A DNA stretch of 64,000 bases from Candidatus Eiseniibacteriota bacterium. GTDB taxonomy: Bacteria; Eisenbacteria; RBG-16-71-46; CAZAMP01. Both the position numbers and the translations under genes were made by a program. Numbering within the stretch: position 1 is the stretch's first letter; every line of letters begins with the position of its first letter. Below are positions 9,829 through 19,799 of this stretch, one piece after another. The notes beneath the pieces were generated by a model. It ran no database searches and was not told the origin of the DNA. It saw only the letters and a program-made list of their open reading frames with translations. Location of the stretch: positions 5,184,001 to 5,248,000 of the forward strand of contig OZ245046.1 in assembly GCA_965224245.1 (NCBI GenBank), in the 5' to 3' direction.

Positions 9829-11010
9829 GTGTCGTACAAGCACCTGTTCAAACGGTTCATCGAGGCCGATCCCGAGCGCCGGCACTTCGCGGCTCACAGC
9901 CACCACCTGTGGCCCGACGTGACGTTCGACGCCCAGTCGCGCTGCTGGAACGACGCCGCCCGGCTGGCCGATCACAAGTGGTCGCACGTGTTCGGGCAGG
10001 TGCTGGCCAGCGCCCAGCGCAACATCGCGTTCGCGCTCGGGCTACGCGATCCGAGGACGCTCGCGTTCGCACCCAACACGCACGAGTTCATCGTGCGGCT
10101 GCTCTCGTGCTTTCCGGGTCGCCGCCCGATCCACGTGGTGACCACCGGCAGCGAGTTCCACAGCTTTCGCCGCCAGAGCGAGCGGATGATCGAGGTCGGC
10201 GAGCTCGCGGTGACCGCGGTGCCCACCGAGCCGTTCGACACGTTCTCGAAGCGACTCCTGGCAACCGTTCGCGATCAGCGCGAGCTCGACCTCGTGTTCC
10301 TGAGCCAGGTCTTCTTCGACTCGGGGTTCGTCGTGCCTGACCTCGACCACGTGGTGAAGGCGATCCCCGACGAGGTGATGATCGTCATCGACGGCTACCA
10401 CGGGTGGATGGCGCTGCCCACCGATCTGTCGGCGATCGCGGACCGCGCGTTCTACATGTCGGGCTCGTACAAGTACGCGATGGCCGGCGAGGGGATGACG
10501 TTCCTGCACTGCCCGCCCGGCCACGGCAAGCACCCGGTGAACACGGGCTGGTTCGCCACGTTCGACACGCTCACCACCGAGTCTCCCGGAGGGAGCACGC
10601 GCTATCCCGAATCGGGGGCGCGGTTCCTGGGGGCGACGTTCGAGCCCGTCGGCGCGTATCGACTGAACGCCGTGTTCGAGATGCTCGACGCGAACGGGCT
10701 CACCATCGCGGGGATCCACGCGCACGTGCGGCGACTCCAGACGCGCTTCCTGGATGCGCTCGAGCAAGGAGGTGGCGGCGGACGGCGGTGTCCGATCGGA
10801 CGCGACACGCTGGTGCTGCCGGACACCGCCCCCGATCGGGGCAACTTCCTGGCGTTTCGTCTGTCCGATGCCGGGGAGTGGCACGATCGCCTCGCCGACC
10901 GCGGTGTCGTCACGGACTACCGGCGCGACCGGCTGCGCATCGGGTTCGGGATCTACCACGACGACGCCGACGTCGACGATCTGGCGGCGCTCATCCGATC
11001 GATGAGCTGA
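9829..11010 (+). CDS. PLP-dependent aminotransferase class V (kynureninase/cysteine desulfurase-like)
   Basis: HFAAHSHH, SEFHS, IDGYH, GSYKY (PLP lysine), LRIGFGIY. Confidence 0.85.
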   Translation: MSYKHLFKRFIEADPERRHFAAHSHHLWPDVTFDAQSRCWNDAARLADHKWSHVFGQVLASAQRNIAFALGLRDPRTLAFAPNTHEFIVRLLSCFPGRRPIHVVTTGSEFHSFRRQSERMIEVGELAVTAVPTEPFDTFSKRLLATVRDQRELDLVFLSQVFFDSGFVVPDLDHVVKAIPDEVMIVIDGYHGWMALPTDLSAIADRAFYMSGSYKYAMAGEGMTFLHCPPGHGKHPVNTGWFATFDTLTTESPGGSTRYPESGARFLGATFEPVGAYRLNAVFEMLDANGLTIAGIHAHVRRLQTRFLDALEQGGGGGRRCPIGRDTLVLPDTAPDRGNFLAFRLSDAGEWHDRLADRGVVTDYRRDRLRIGFGIYHDDADVDDLAALIRSMS

Positions 11011-11172
11011 CGCCGGCGGTCGCGCCATCCCCGAGGGCACAACGAGTCGGTACGGGGGCCCGGGGACAATCGCTTCCTCCGTCACGCTCTCTCGATCGGG
11101 TATCATCAGGTCTTCCCCAGAGCTCGAGCCGACGCGCGCCCGGTACGCGCACATGACCGGAGGAGGCTCGAC

Positions 11173-14100
11173 ATGCTCCCTCGACGCACGACGCTCCGAT
11201 GCGTGGCGACGATCACGTGGGTTGCCTCGCTCTCCGCGGCCGACTTCGCGAACGCGGCCGGTCCGCTGGAGAAGTGCGTCGAGCCGCTGACCTCCGACGC
11301 TCGCTCGGAGCAATACGATCCGCCACCCGCCGGCGTGGTGCGCAGCGGGCGCCCCGGCGGCATGAGCGGTCTCGACACGGTCCGGTTCGGTGGACGCGAC
11401 GCCAGTGGTCTGGCGATCGAGGGCGGCGTGTGGGACTTCGAGGACGGCACGCTGCAGGGATGGTGGTCCGAGGACCTGACCGTCGTCGTGCAGGCGGACC
11501 CACCGGGCGATCCGTCGGTGGGCTCCCCCGGGAACACGTACTTCCGCCGTGTCACCGCGGCCGATTTCTCCGGCGCCACGACCATCCCCGTGATGAACGG
11601 CGTAGGCTCACTGTGGGCCGGCGCCAACGACGAGGAGGCCGCAGCGGGCTGCTGGCCGGGCGGTCTCGGCTACGACAACGGCTGGATCGTCGACGCGCGG
11701 AAGACGTTCGTCTACGGCGGCAGCGGTGCGGTCACGATCCAGTTCGACTACTTCACGGACTCCGAGACGCAGTTCGACTACACGTACGTCTACGTCGAGA
11801 CCGACGGCGTGCGCTCGACGCCGCTCAACACGTCGGCGTGGGCGACCGATGAGGGCTGGGGATACTCCGGGGCGACCCTCGAAGGCAGCGCGATCGGAGC
11901 GCCGTCCACTCCGGCTCACGACACGATCGTGATCGATCCGTCGTTTCTGCCCGACGCGTCCGGCGAGGCATTCTGGGTCGTGTTCGAGTTCGACTCCGAC
12001 GTTCTCTACTCCGACGGTCTGGACTCGTTCTTCGGGTACCTGAACTCGCTCTGGGGCCCGTTTGGCATGGACGACTTCAGGATCGAGGGCGTCGGGCTGT
12101 CGGACACCGACACCTTCGAGGTCGACGAGGAGGGCTGGACGTTCGAGTCGGCCGACCCGATCGGCTCGTTTCTCCAGGCGGTCGAGCTGGTGTCGTTGGA
12201 TCCGATCGACGACGGTTGCAGGTGTCCGATCACGCTGGATCCCGAGAACGACCACGTGATCATCGCGGCGGACCACGATGGCTCGATCGCCGGCGGGTAT
12301 CCGCACCCGAAGCGCCAGCACGAGTGGCTCCGATCGAACCCGGTGGTCATCATCGATGGGTCGAACGACGACGGAGAGCAGGTCCACGTCGTCTGGAACG
12401 TGTGGGAGGATATGCCGACGTCGAACGGTGTCGGGTACCGCGTCGCCGTCGACTACTACCCGTGGACGTGTCCGGAGACGGACATCGTCAGCTGGACGCT
12501 GGAGCCGGTCGGCGACCCCGGGTTCATCTGGTCGGGGCTCGGTGGGCCACGCTGTAGCACGCTCCGCGTCAACAACACGGAGTTCATGGCCGAGGCCATC
12601 GCCGGCGGTATCGACTCGCTCCGGATCGTCTTCGAGCTCCTCGGCGACTGCGACGACTTCGGCACCACGAGCTGCACCGGCCCGGAACGGACGAACGCCT
12701 CCCCTTACTGGGACGACGTGCGCCTCGAGCTCGTGACCGACGTCGATGCCCCATGGCTGGCCACCGAGCTCCTGTTCAACGACGTCTTCCCCGACCTCAA
12801 CTCGCTGCTCCCATCGGCCACCGCGAGCGTGAAGTCGTTCTACGACAACAACCGCGCGGACCTCGACCGGACCAACGCGGACATGGGCGACTCGGCCGTC
12901 GTGATCTGCGAGACAGGAGCCGACGTCTACCTGAACTACCGGCTGTACCTGGGGCCGGCGATGTCGGCGTCCGACGTCGGCGCCTTCCTCCTCGAATCGC
13001 GCGCCGGACCGCACGGCGTGGCCGGGGCGGCGGGCTCGATCGGCGACGCGGTTGGTGATCAGGGAAACGGTGAGGATGGACGAGGGCGCTTCGCCTCGTG
13101 TCGCTTGGTCGAGCTCGATCCCGACTCGCGCCCGGGGGAGTTCGCCACCTACTCGGCAGCGAGCGGGAGCAAGATCCTGCCCGACGACGTCCTGACCCCG
13201 GGCGCGACCGTCGAGTACTTCTTCTCGGTGTTCGGACCCACCGGTGAGGTGCGCACCCATCCCGACACGTCGAACGGCGACGACGATTCGTCCACGTTCT
13301 TCTTCCTGGAACTCGAGGTGCTGCCGGGGATGCTCGACGCCGGCGGCGGTGACATCGTGTCGTCGCGCGTACTCTACGTCGATGCGTACAACGCCGGCGC
13401 GCAGCAGCCGATCGAGAACGAGGGGCTTCGCCCCACGCTGGGGGTCGAGATCGACGTCGACGGCATCGCGCACGACCGCTGGGACCGTTACGACTATCTC
13501 GTCGCGTCGTCGACCGTGCCCGCGCCGCTCGCGCGCGAGGCCGCCGGCGACAACGGCATGACGAAGTACCAGTCGCTCGTCTACCGGACGATCCTCTACA
13601 ACACGGGCACGTTCGCCCAGGAGGGCCTTCGCGACGGCGACGCCGAGCTCCTGCTGTACTGGCTCACGACGGTCAGGCCGGACGGATCGGAGTTCAGACG
13701 CGGTCTCTGGCTCAGCGGCAACGGGATCGCGTCGATCCTGAGCCGGACCGGGCGGGCCGACAACAACGCGCTGCTGAGTCAGTACGTGCAGGCGTCGCTG
13801 GTCGGAACTTCGTACCGCTACGAGGCCGGGGATCCGTCGCTCTGCGTGCGACTCGATGCCGACCCCGGGAGCGACGTCAGCGCGCCAGGGAGCTATGCAT
13901 CGGTCCGGGAAAACGGATGCCCACTGGAGTACGACTTCGACGTCCTCGGGGTCACCGGAGACGGCGCAGGCGATCTCGTCTACGTGGATCAGGACGCGGG
14001 CGAGGGCGCGACACCGTTCGCATCCGTGTCGAGCGATCAATCGCCGACCTCGACCGGTCGTCGCGTCGTCCTCGACGCGTTCTCGCTCCACTACCTGCGG

Positions 14101-14583
14101 GCGACCCCCGACGGATGGCTCGGTGACGGGGAGTACGCGTCGCACCCGGGAGACGGCGTGCCCTGTGCGGACTACGCGATCCTGGAGAGGGTTGCCGACG
14201 TGTTCGACTTCCTCGAGGCGCCGACGGCGGCGACCGCCCTCGCGCCGGTCGCTCCGCTGATCATCGGGATCGACGACGGTGTCGCTCACGGTCCGCCGGC
14301 GCCGCGCACCGCGCTCTACGCGAGCAGCCCGAACCCGTTCAGCCCGACGACGAGCGTCCGCTACCGGATCGGCCGCGAGCTGGACGTGCGGCTTCGTGTC
14401 CACGACGTCGCCGGACGCCTCGTGCGGACGCTGGTTCACGAGGTGCAGGTGCCCGGCACGTACCAGGTGCAGTGGGACGGCACGGCCGAGTCCGGGGAGA
14501 ACGCCTCGGGTGGCGTCTACTGGGCGCGGCTGACCACGTCGGACGGCTTCTCCGCGTCGACGAAGCTCGTCGTCCTACGGTGA
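11173..14583 (+). CDS. Large exported protein of unknown function with FlgD-Ig/T9SS-like CTD
   Basis: GGAGG RBS, signal-peptide-like N-terminus, acidic Trp/Cys-rich body, CTD PNPFSPTT...HDVAGRLVR...WDG...GGVYW. Confidence 0.8.
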   Translation: MLPRRTTLRCVATITWVASLSAADFANAAGPLEKCVEPLTSDARSEQYDPPPAGVVRSGRPGGMSGLDTVRFGGRDASGLAIEGGVWDFEDGTLQGWWSEDLTVVVQADPPGDPSVGSPGNTYFRRVTAADFSGATTIPVMNGVGSLWAGANDEEAAAGCWPGGLGYDNGWIVDARKTFVYGGSGAVTIQFDYFTDSETQFDYTYVYVETDGVRSTPLNTSAWATDEGWGYSGATLEGSAIGAPSTPAHDTIVIDPSFLPDASGEAFWVVFEFDSDVLYSDGLDSFFGYLNSLWGPFGMDDFRIEGVGLSDTDTFEVDEEGWTFESADPIGSFLQAVELVSLDPIDDGCRCPITLDPENDHVIIAADHDGSIAGGYPHPKRQHEWLRSNPVVIIDGSNDDGEQVHVVWNVWEDMPTSNGVGYRVAVDYYPWTCPETDIVSWTLEPVGDPGFIWSGLGGPRCSTLRVNNTEFMAEAIAGGIDSLRIVFELLGDCDDFGTTSCTGPERTNASPYWDDVRLELVTDVDAPWLATELLFNDVFPDLNSLLPSATASVKSFYDNNRADLDRTNADMGDSAVVICETGADVYLNYRLYLGPAMSASDVGAFLLESRAGPHGVAGAAGSIGDAVGDQGNGEDGRGRFASCRLVELDPDSRPGEFATYSAASGSKILPDDVLTPGATVEYFFSVFGPTGEVRTHPDTSNGDDDSSTFFFLELEVLPGMLDAGGGDIVSSRVLYVDAYNAGAQQPIENEGLRPTLGVEIDVDGIAHDRWDRYDYLVASSTVPAPLAREAAGDNGMTKYQSLVYRTILYNTGTFAQEGLRDGDAELLLYWLTTVRPDGSEFRRGLWLSGNGIASILSRTGRADNNALLSQYVQASLVGTSYRYEAGDPSLCVRLDADPGSDVSAPGSYASVRENGCPLEYDFDVLGVTGDGAGDLVYVDQDAGEGATPFASVSSDQSPTSTGRRVVLDAFSLHYLRATPDGWLGDGEYASHPGDGVPCADYAILERVADVFDFLEAPTAATALAPVAPLIIGIDDGVAHGPPAPRTALYASSPNPFSPTTSVRYRIGRELDVRLRVHDVAGRLVRTLVHEVQVPGTYQVQWDGTAESGENASGGVYWARLTTSDGFSASTKLVVLR

Positions 14584-15558
14584 CGGCCACAGCATGGCGG
14601 CTCCGCGGACCCCGCTGGAGTCGCCGTGCGCGTTCCGGACGATCGGCGTGACGAACGTGTCCGAGAACACGTGCCGGGCCACCGCGCGGACGCCCTCGCC
14701 GTAGAGGGCGTCGATGGCCGAGAGCCCGCCGCCGAGGACGATGCAGTCGGGGTCGAGCACGTCCACGACGCCGGCGAGGCTCCGGCCGAACCGGTCGAGG
14801 TAGGCTCGCATCGCCTCGCCGGCGGCATCGTCGTTCGCAGCGCGGCCCGCGTCGCCTGTGTCGCCCACGGCGCGACCGCCTGCGTCGCCCGGGGTGCCTG
14901 CGGCGCGGTCGCGCGCGGCGTCGGTGGCGATGTCGGTTGCGCGGCGTCCCGGGGCGCCACCGCGCGCCTCGTAGTCCCGTTCGAGCCCCGGTCCGGACAG
15001 GAACGTCTCCACGCACCCGCGATCCCCGCAGTAGCAGGGCGGTCCCTCCGGATCGATCGACGTGTGACCCCACTCGCCGGCGATGCCGTTCGGGCCCTCG
15101 TGCGGCACGCCGTCGATCACGACGCCGCCCCCGACGCCGGTGCCGAGGATGACGCCGAACACGATGCGATGGCCCCGCGCCGCGCCGTCGATCGCCTCGG
15201 AGACGGCGAAGCAGTTCGCGTCGTTGGCCATGCGGACTTCTCGACCCAGGGTTCGGACGAGATCGTCGAGAAGCCGTCGGCCGTTCAGGGACGTGGTGTT
15301 GCAGTTCTTCATGGTCCCGCTGGCGCGAGAGAGAGATCCCGGGGTGGCGATCCCGATCGTGCAGTCGTCGCCGGCATCGGTGCGGACGCGATCGATGACC
15401 TCGGCGATCGCGGCCAGGATCTCGTCGTAGTCGTGGGACGGCGGCGTGGGGATGCGATGCCGGGCGACGATCACCGCCCGGGCGTCCATGCGAACGGCCT
15501 CGATCTTCGTCCCGCCGAGGTCCACGCCGATGCGCCAGGTCGGTCTCGTCACGATCAC
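14575..15558 (-). CDS. ROK family sugar kinase (fructokinase/Mak-like)
   Basis: GVDLGGTKIE, ANDANCFA, GTGVGGG, GEWGH, CYCGDRGCVE; GTG start overlaps the upstream TGA (GTGA). Confidence 0.9.
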   Translation of the reverse strand: MIVTRPTWRIGVDLGGTKIEAVRMDARAVIVARHRIPTPPSHDYDEILAAIAEVIDRVRTDAGDDCTIGIATPGSLSRASGTMKNCNTTSLNGRRLLDDLVRTLGREVRMANDANCFAVSEAIDGAARGHRIVFGVILGTGVGGGVVIDGVPHEGPNGIAGEWGHTSIDPEGPPCYCGDRGCVETFLSGPGLERDYEARGGAPGRRATDIATDAARDRAAGTPGDAGGRAVGDTGDAGRAANDDAAGEAMRAYLDRFGRSLAGVVDVLDPDCIVLGGGLSAIDALYGEGVRAVARHVFSDTFVTPIVRNAHGDSSGVRGAAMLWPSP

Positions 15559-16226
15559 TCTCCGTCGGGGACGAGGTTGATGTGGGGATCGAGATCGTCC
15601 GAGATCGCGTCGGCGTTGCCGGCCTCGAACGCACGGAATCCGAACGCGCTGGCGGCGTACACGCACTCGACGTCGTCGTCCACGTAGCCGATCTCGTCGG
15701 GCGGCACCTCGAGGCGATCCATGACGGCATCGAACGCGGCCTCGTCGGGCTTGACGGCGCCGATCTGACACGAGAAGAGCACGTGATCGAACAGCGCCAG
15801 CACGCCGGCGTATCGATCCCGCCAGACGGCGGCGTGAACGGGCGTCGCGTTGGTCAGCGCGACCAGGCGCACCGACGTCGCGAGCCGTTCCAGGAGCTCC
15901 ACGATACCCGGGTACGGATCGCCGGACGCGGCGGCGACGGCCGCGGCCAGCGTATCCGGCGAGACCGGCGCGAGTCCCTCGGCCGCCGGCTCGATCCCGA
16001 CCCTGGACCCGATCTCGGTCTCGAGCTCGGCCGGGAGCTCGGAGGTGTCGAGGCGCCCGTCGCGGGCGCGCGCGATCGCGTCCGATGCGGCCAGGATCGC
16101 TCGCACCCGGTCCGCCGCGAGCCCGAGCGACCCGGCCAGCGAATGCGCGAGCACGTCGGCGTCGAATGGGAAGACGACATCGTCGAGATCGAAGACAATC
16201 GCGTCCAGCGGGTTGTAGGATTGCAT
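15555..16226 (-). CDS. HAD-superfamily hydrolase (YihX-like phosphatase)
   Basis: VFDLDDV, LTN, KPD, YVDD motifs. Confidence 0.85.
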   Translation of the reverse strand: MQSYNPLDAIVFDLDDVVFPFDADVLAHSLAGSLGLAADRVRAILAASDAIARARDGRLDTSELPAELETEIGSRVGIEPAAEGLAPVSPDTLAAAVAAASGDPYPGIVELLERLATSVRLVALTNATPVHAAVWRDRYAGVLALFDHVLFSCQIGAVKPDEAAFDAVMDRLEVPPDEIGYVDDDVECVYAASAFGFRAFEAGNADAISDDLDPHINLVPDGE

Positions 16227-16363
16227 GAGCGCGGAGCCCGCTCCGTTCGGTTCCGAGACGCGCCGGGGAGGGCGCCTCGCTCCAGAGCCAGACACGTTCC
16301 GGGTTTCGATTGCGGATCCTAGCACCTCGGGTCCGCGCGGCAACGCCGCGGAGAGGGTTCTGC

Positions 16364-16885
16364 ATGCCGGCACCTCGCGTTCGCGAGATGACGCCCGCCG
16401 ACTGGCCCGACGTCGTGCGCGCCTACCTCGACGGCATCGCGACCGGGCACGCCACGTTCGCGACGAAGGCGCCCGAATGGTCCGAGTGGGACGCGGCGCG
16501 CCACCGCCACTCCCGCCTCGTGGCCGTCGACGTGGACCCCGACGCACCCGACCGCGCGGTCGGCTTCGCCGCGCTGTCGCCGACGTCGCGGCGCAAGGTC
16601 TACGCCGGCGTCGCGGAGGTGATGATCTACGTCGGCGCCGCGTGGCGTGGACGCGGGATCGGGGCCGCCCTGATGGCCGCCCTGATCACGTCCTCGGAGG
16701 CCGCCGGCATCTGGACGCTCCAGGCCGGCGTGTTCCCGGAGAACACGGCGAGCATCGCGCTGCACGAGCGCTTCGGGTTCCGGGTCCTCGGCCGGCAGGA
16801 GCGCGTCGGGTGCATGGACGGGTGGTGGCGGGACGTCGTGTTGTTCGAGCGCCGCAGCGCGGTGGTGGGGGGGGATCCGTTCTGA
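16364..16885 (+). CDS. GNAT N-acetyltransferase (phosphinothricin acetyltransferase-like)
   Basis: ATF, YAGVAE, RGRGIG, FPENTASIALHERFGF, WRDV. Confidence 0.9.
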   Translation: MPAPRVREMTPADWPDVVRAYLDGIATGHATFATKAPEWSEWDAARHRHSRLVAVDVDPDAPDRAVGFAALSPTSRRKVYAGVAEVMIYVGAAWRGRGIGAALMAALITSSEAAGIWTLQAGVFPENTASIALHERFGFRVLGRQERVGCMDGWWRDVVLFERRSAVVGGDPF

Positions 16886-16927
16886 TTCGCCGACGTTCTT
16901 GTCGTGTTTCTCGGGGCTCGTTCCGCA

Positions 16928-17064
16928 TCGGCGAGGGTGGGGCGCTACGTCGCTCCGGCTGCCGGCGTCACCGCGAGACCGGGTGGTGGCATCATTTCGT
17001 GCGGGAGAGGCTCCGCGGTGCTTTCGTGTCGCACAAGTCGCGACTCCGGCCCCACCCTCGTCGA
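16928..17064. repeat. Copy 1 of a stem-closed 92-nt repeat element
   Basis: Core 16950-17041 aligns ungapped with the reverse complement of 17369-17460; flanked by CGAGGGTGGGGC (16932-16943) / GCCCCACCCTCG (17049-17060). Confidence 0.75.
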
Positions 17065-17341
17065 CCCTGGGCCGAGGTCGTGTGATCAACCCCGGGGTCG
17101 TCGCGGGCACGGATCGCCCCGGGGGGTAGCCGCGGGGATGACGTGGGGGCGACGAGTGGCGGTGGGTGCGTGTTCACTCGCGTCAGTTCGATACCCGGGT
17201 ACGGACTGCATCACGCGCCGGCGGTTGACGGTGCGTTGCGGTGCCGCATGATCGTCCCCGTCACCCCTTCCACACCCAACCCCCAGGCAACACCCGGGTG
17301 TCATTCCCGGTGACGTGCCCGCCGCCGCGCCCGATCGCGCA

Positions 17342-17485
17342 GGGGACGGTGGGGGTGGTGTCGTCGCAGCGACTGATGCGACACACGAGCACCCCGAAGC
17401 CGCTCCCACACGAAATGATGCCCCCGACTGATCTCACGGCCACGCCGTCCGCCGGAGCGAAGACGACACCACCCCCACCGTCCCC
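17342..17485. repeat. Copy 2 (inverted) of the stem-closed 92-nt repeat element
   Basis: Perfect 24-bp inverted repeat GGGGACGGTGGGGGTGGTGTCGTC (17342-17365) / 17462-17485 encloses the core. Confidence 0.8.
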
Positions 17486-17544
17486 GGAGCGCCCCGAACG
17501 CCGAGGCGAACGTCACGCCCGAGAAACACCCGGGAGTCGCCGTC

Positions 17545-18801
17545 TCAGACGGTGGCTTCGGCGAACTCCGGCACCCACTCGCCCCGGCGCATCAGCGGCT
17601 CGCGTGCACCGTCGGCAGAGATGCCGTCGATGTCCAACTCGCCGGACCCGATCATGAAGTCGACGTGGATCAGGCTCGTGTTGCCGCCCATCGCGTTGAA
17701 GGCCTCGTCGGTGGTGCCGGTGGCGCCCTCGCAGCACGTCCGGTACGCCTTGCCCAGCGCGAGGTGGCTGGACGCGTTCTCGTCGTACAGCGTGTTCAGG
17801 AACAGGAGGCCGGACTGCGAAATCGGTGAGCTGTGAGGCACCAGCGCCACCTCACCGAAGCGCGCGGCACCCTCGTCGGTGCCGATCATCCGCTGGAGGA
17901 TCTCGTCTCCGCGACCCGCTTGCGCCTTCACCACACGGCCGCCCTCGATCTCGAAGTGGAAGTCGTCGATCAGGGTGCCGCCGTAGTTGAGGGGCTTCGT
18001 CGAGCGGACGGTTCCCTCGATCCGCTCGCGGTCGGGCAGCGTGAAGACCTCCTCGGTGGGCAGGTTGGGCACGAACGGGTGACCGCTCTGCGTCATGCCG
18101 CGTCCACCCAGCCAGACGTGTCCGTCCGGCAGGCCCACGCGGAGGTCGGTGCCGGGCCCGGAGTAGGCGAGCTCGCGGTAGCGCTTCTCGTTGAGCGTGG
18201 TCCGCCAGGCGGCCAGGTTCGCGATGTGCGACTCCCAGGCCGCAATCGGATCGGGCTGATCGGCGCGCACGGCCTTGAAGATCGCGTCCCACAGAAGCGC
18301 CGTGGCCTCGTCGGCCGACGCGGCGGGGAACACGCGCTGGGCCCACGCGGGGACCGCCGCGGCCACGACGGTCCAGTTGATCGCGTTGCTCATGACCTTC
18401 ACCGAGTACTCGAGCGTGTAGCGCTGGATCGCCTGGTGCATCTCGGTGACGCTCTCCGGATCGAAGCCCGCGAACGCGTCCGGATCGGCCGCGTAGACCG
18501 ACGTGACCGCGCCGCCCCGGGCGAGGTTCTGCGTCAACGAGTCGCCTCGCCACTCCGAGATCATCGACAGCGTGTCCTTCGGCGCGTGCTGGAGGCGCAC
18601 CCGCGCCAGCGGATCGTGCTTCCAGATCGCGTCGACGAACGGCGAGCCCGCGGCGTAGGCGTGCTCGGCCACCCGCTCGACGAACGGCGCGGCCTCGAGC
18701 GGCGTGTTCAGGAGGAGCTGCTGGCCCGGTCGGAGTCCGAGCCCGACGTGGACGACGAGCTTCGCGTAGTTGTCGAGCTTGTCGTCGAATGAGAGTGACA
18801 T
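17545..18801 (-). CDS. Aminopeptidase, M29 family (AmpS/PepS-like)
   Basis: PNLPTEEVFT, TKPLNYGG, GEVALV, NTLYDENASSHLALG, SLIHVDFMIG. Confidence 0.93.
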   Translation of the reverse strand: MSLSFDDKLDNYAKLVVHVGLGLRPGQQLLLNTPLEAAPFVERVAEHAYAAGSPFVDAIWKHDPLARVRLQHAPKDTLSMISEWRGDSLTQNLARGGAVTSVYAADPDAFAGFDPESVTEMHQAIQRYTLEYSVKVMSNAINWTVVAAAVPAWAQRVFPAASADEATALLWDAIFKAVRADQPDPIAAWESHIANLAAWRTTLNEKRYRELAYSGPGTDLRVGLPDGHVWLGGRGMTQSGHPFVPNLPTEEVFTLPDRERIEGTVRSTKPLNYGGTLIDDFHFEIEGGRVVKAQAGRGDEILQRMIGTDEGAARFGEVALVPHSSPISQSGLLFLNTLYDENASSHLALGKAYRTCCEGATGTTDEAFNAMGGNTSLIHVDFMIGSGELDIDGISADGAREPLMRRGEWVPEFAEATV

Positions 18802-18863
18802 CAGAGACCTCGCGTGTCGTGGGTGTGGGTCGTTTCAGCGGCGGAAAGCGTACCAGACCGGAC

Positions 18864-19799
18864 TCAGCGCGACCACGCCGCTTCCACCGGCAGGGTCCGG
18901 GGCAGGACGTCGTAGCGGACCGGCAGCCGCCCCAGGGGCTCCCCGTCGGTCTCGACGGGGCACTCCGCCGAGGGATCGGCGCACGAAACCTCGAGCGTGC
19001 GGGAGCGGAGCATCGACACGTAGGGGAGCGCGCCGTGCGTGCCGGCATACAGGCGGCCGCTCTGCCGCACGAACGTGAGGACGCTGATGTCGCCCACGAT
19101 CGTCACGTCCAGCGCGCCGTCGGTCAGGTCGGCGTCGGGCGCGATCATCATGCCGCCGCCGTAGAAGCGGGCATTGGCGACGGCGATGCTGTTCAGGCGC
19201 GCGACGGGCAGCGGCCCCCGGTCCGTCGCGACGCGGAGCTCGAGGTTGCGCGAGGCCAGAAGGCCCCGGATGGTCCCCAGATAGAACGACACCTTCCCGC
19301 CCAGCCACTTCGGCATCTCCTCGACGCAGCTCGTGACCCGGGCGCTCGCCCCGAGGCCCGAGACGTTCACAAAGAGCCGCCGCACCGTCTCGCCGGACGG
19401 AGCCCGGGCCGCGACGCGTCCGACGTCGACCCGCTGCACCGTCACGACCTCGCGCGAGCCGGGACCCTCGCCGAGGCTCCTGACGAAGTCCGACCCGGTT
19501 CCGACGGGGTGGATGGCCAGGGTCGCGCCATCGGACACCGGGGTCTCGAGATCGGTGTCGAAGAAGCCGTTCACGGCCTCGTTGATGGAGCCGTCGCCTC
19601 CCACGACGACGACGCGCTCGGCCCCGGCCCGGAGCGCGGCCCGGACACGCGTCGTGATGTCGCGGGGTCCCTCCGACAGCACGAGCTCGGTGACGCCCCA
19701 CGCGCGTGAGAGCTCGGACTCGATCGCCCGGCGGCCGCGGGCCACCCGACCGGCGGACGCGCGTGGATTGGCGATCGCGAAGGTGCTCCGCTCGCTCAT
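18864..19799 (-). CDS. Diacylglycerol kinase family lipid kinase (YegS/DagK-like)
   Basis: ANP, GGDGSINE, PVGTGSDF, NARFYGGGM, ETDGE; ATGA overlap with the upstream gene. Confidence 0.9.
   Translation of the reverse strand: MSERSTFAIANPRASAGRVARGRRAIESELSRAWGVTELVLSEGPRDITTRVRAALRAGAERVVVVGGDGSINEAVNGFFDTDLETPVSDGATLAIHPVGTGSDFVRSLGEGPGSREVVTVQRVDVGRVAARAPSGETVRRLFVNVSGLGASARVTSCVEEMPKWLGGKVSFYLGTIRGLLASRNLELRVATDRGPLPVARLNSIAVANARFYGGGMMIAPDADLTDGALDVTIVGDISVLTFVRQSGRLYAGTHGALPYVSMLRSRTLEVSCADPSAECPVETDGEPLGRLPVRYDVLPRTLPVEAAWSR

Noticed and set aside
14820-14930. Low-complexity Gly/Asp/Ala insertion in the ROK kinase
   Set aside because: In-frame loop expansion with no intein or repeat-element hallmarks.
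17369-17421. Hammerhead ribozyme (CTGATG...CGAAA in copy 2)
   Set aside because: The core is CUGAUGC rather than CUGANGA, and the other copy reads CTTGTGC, so the catalytic core is not conserved.
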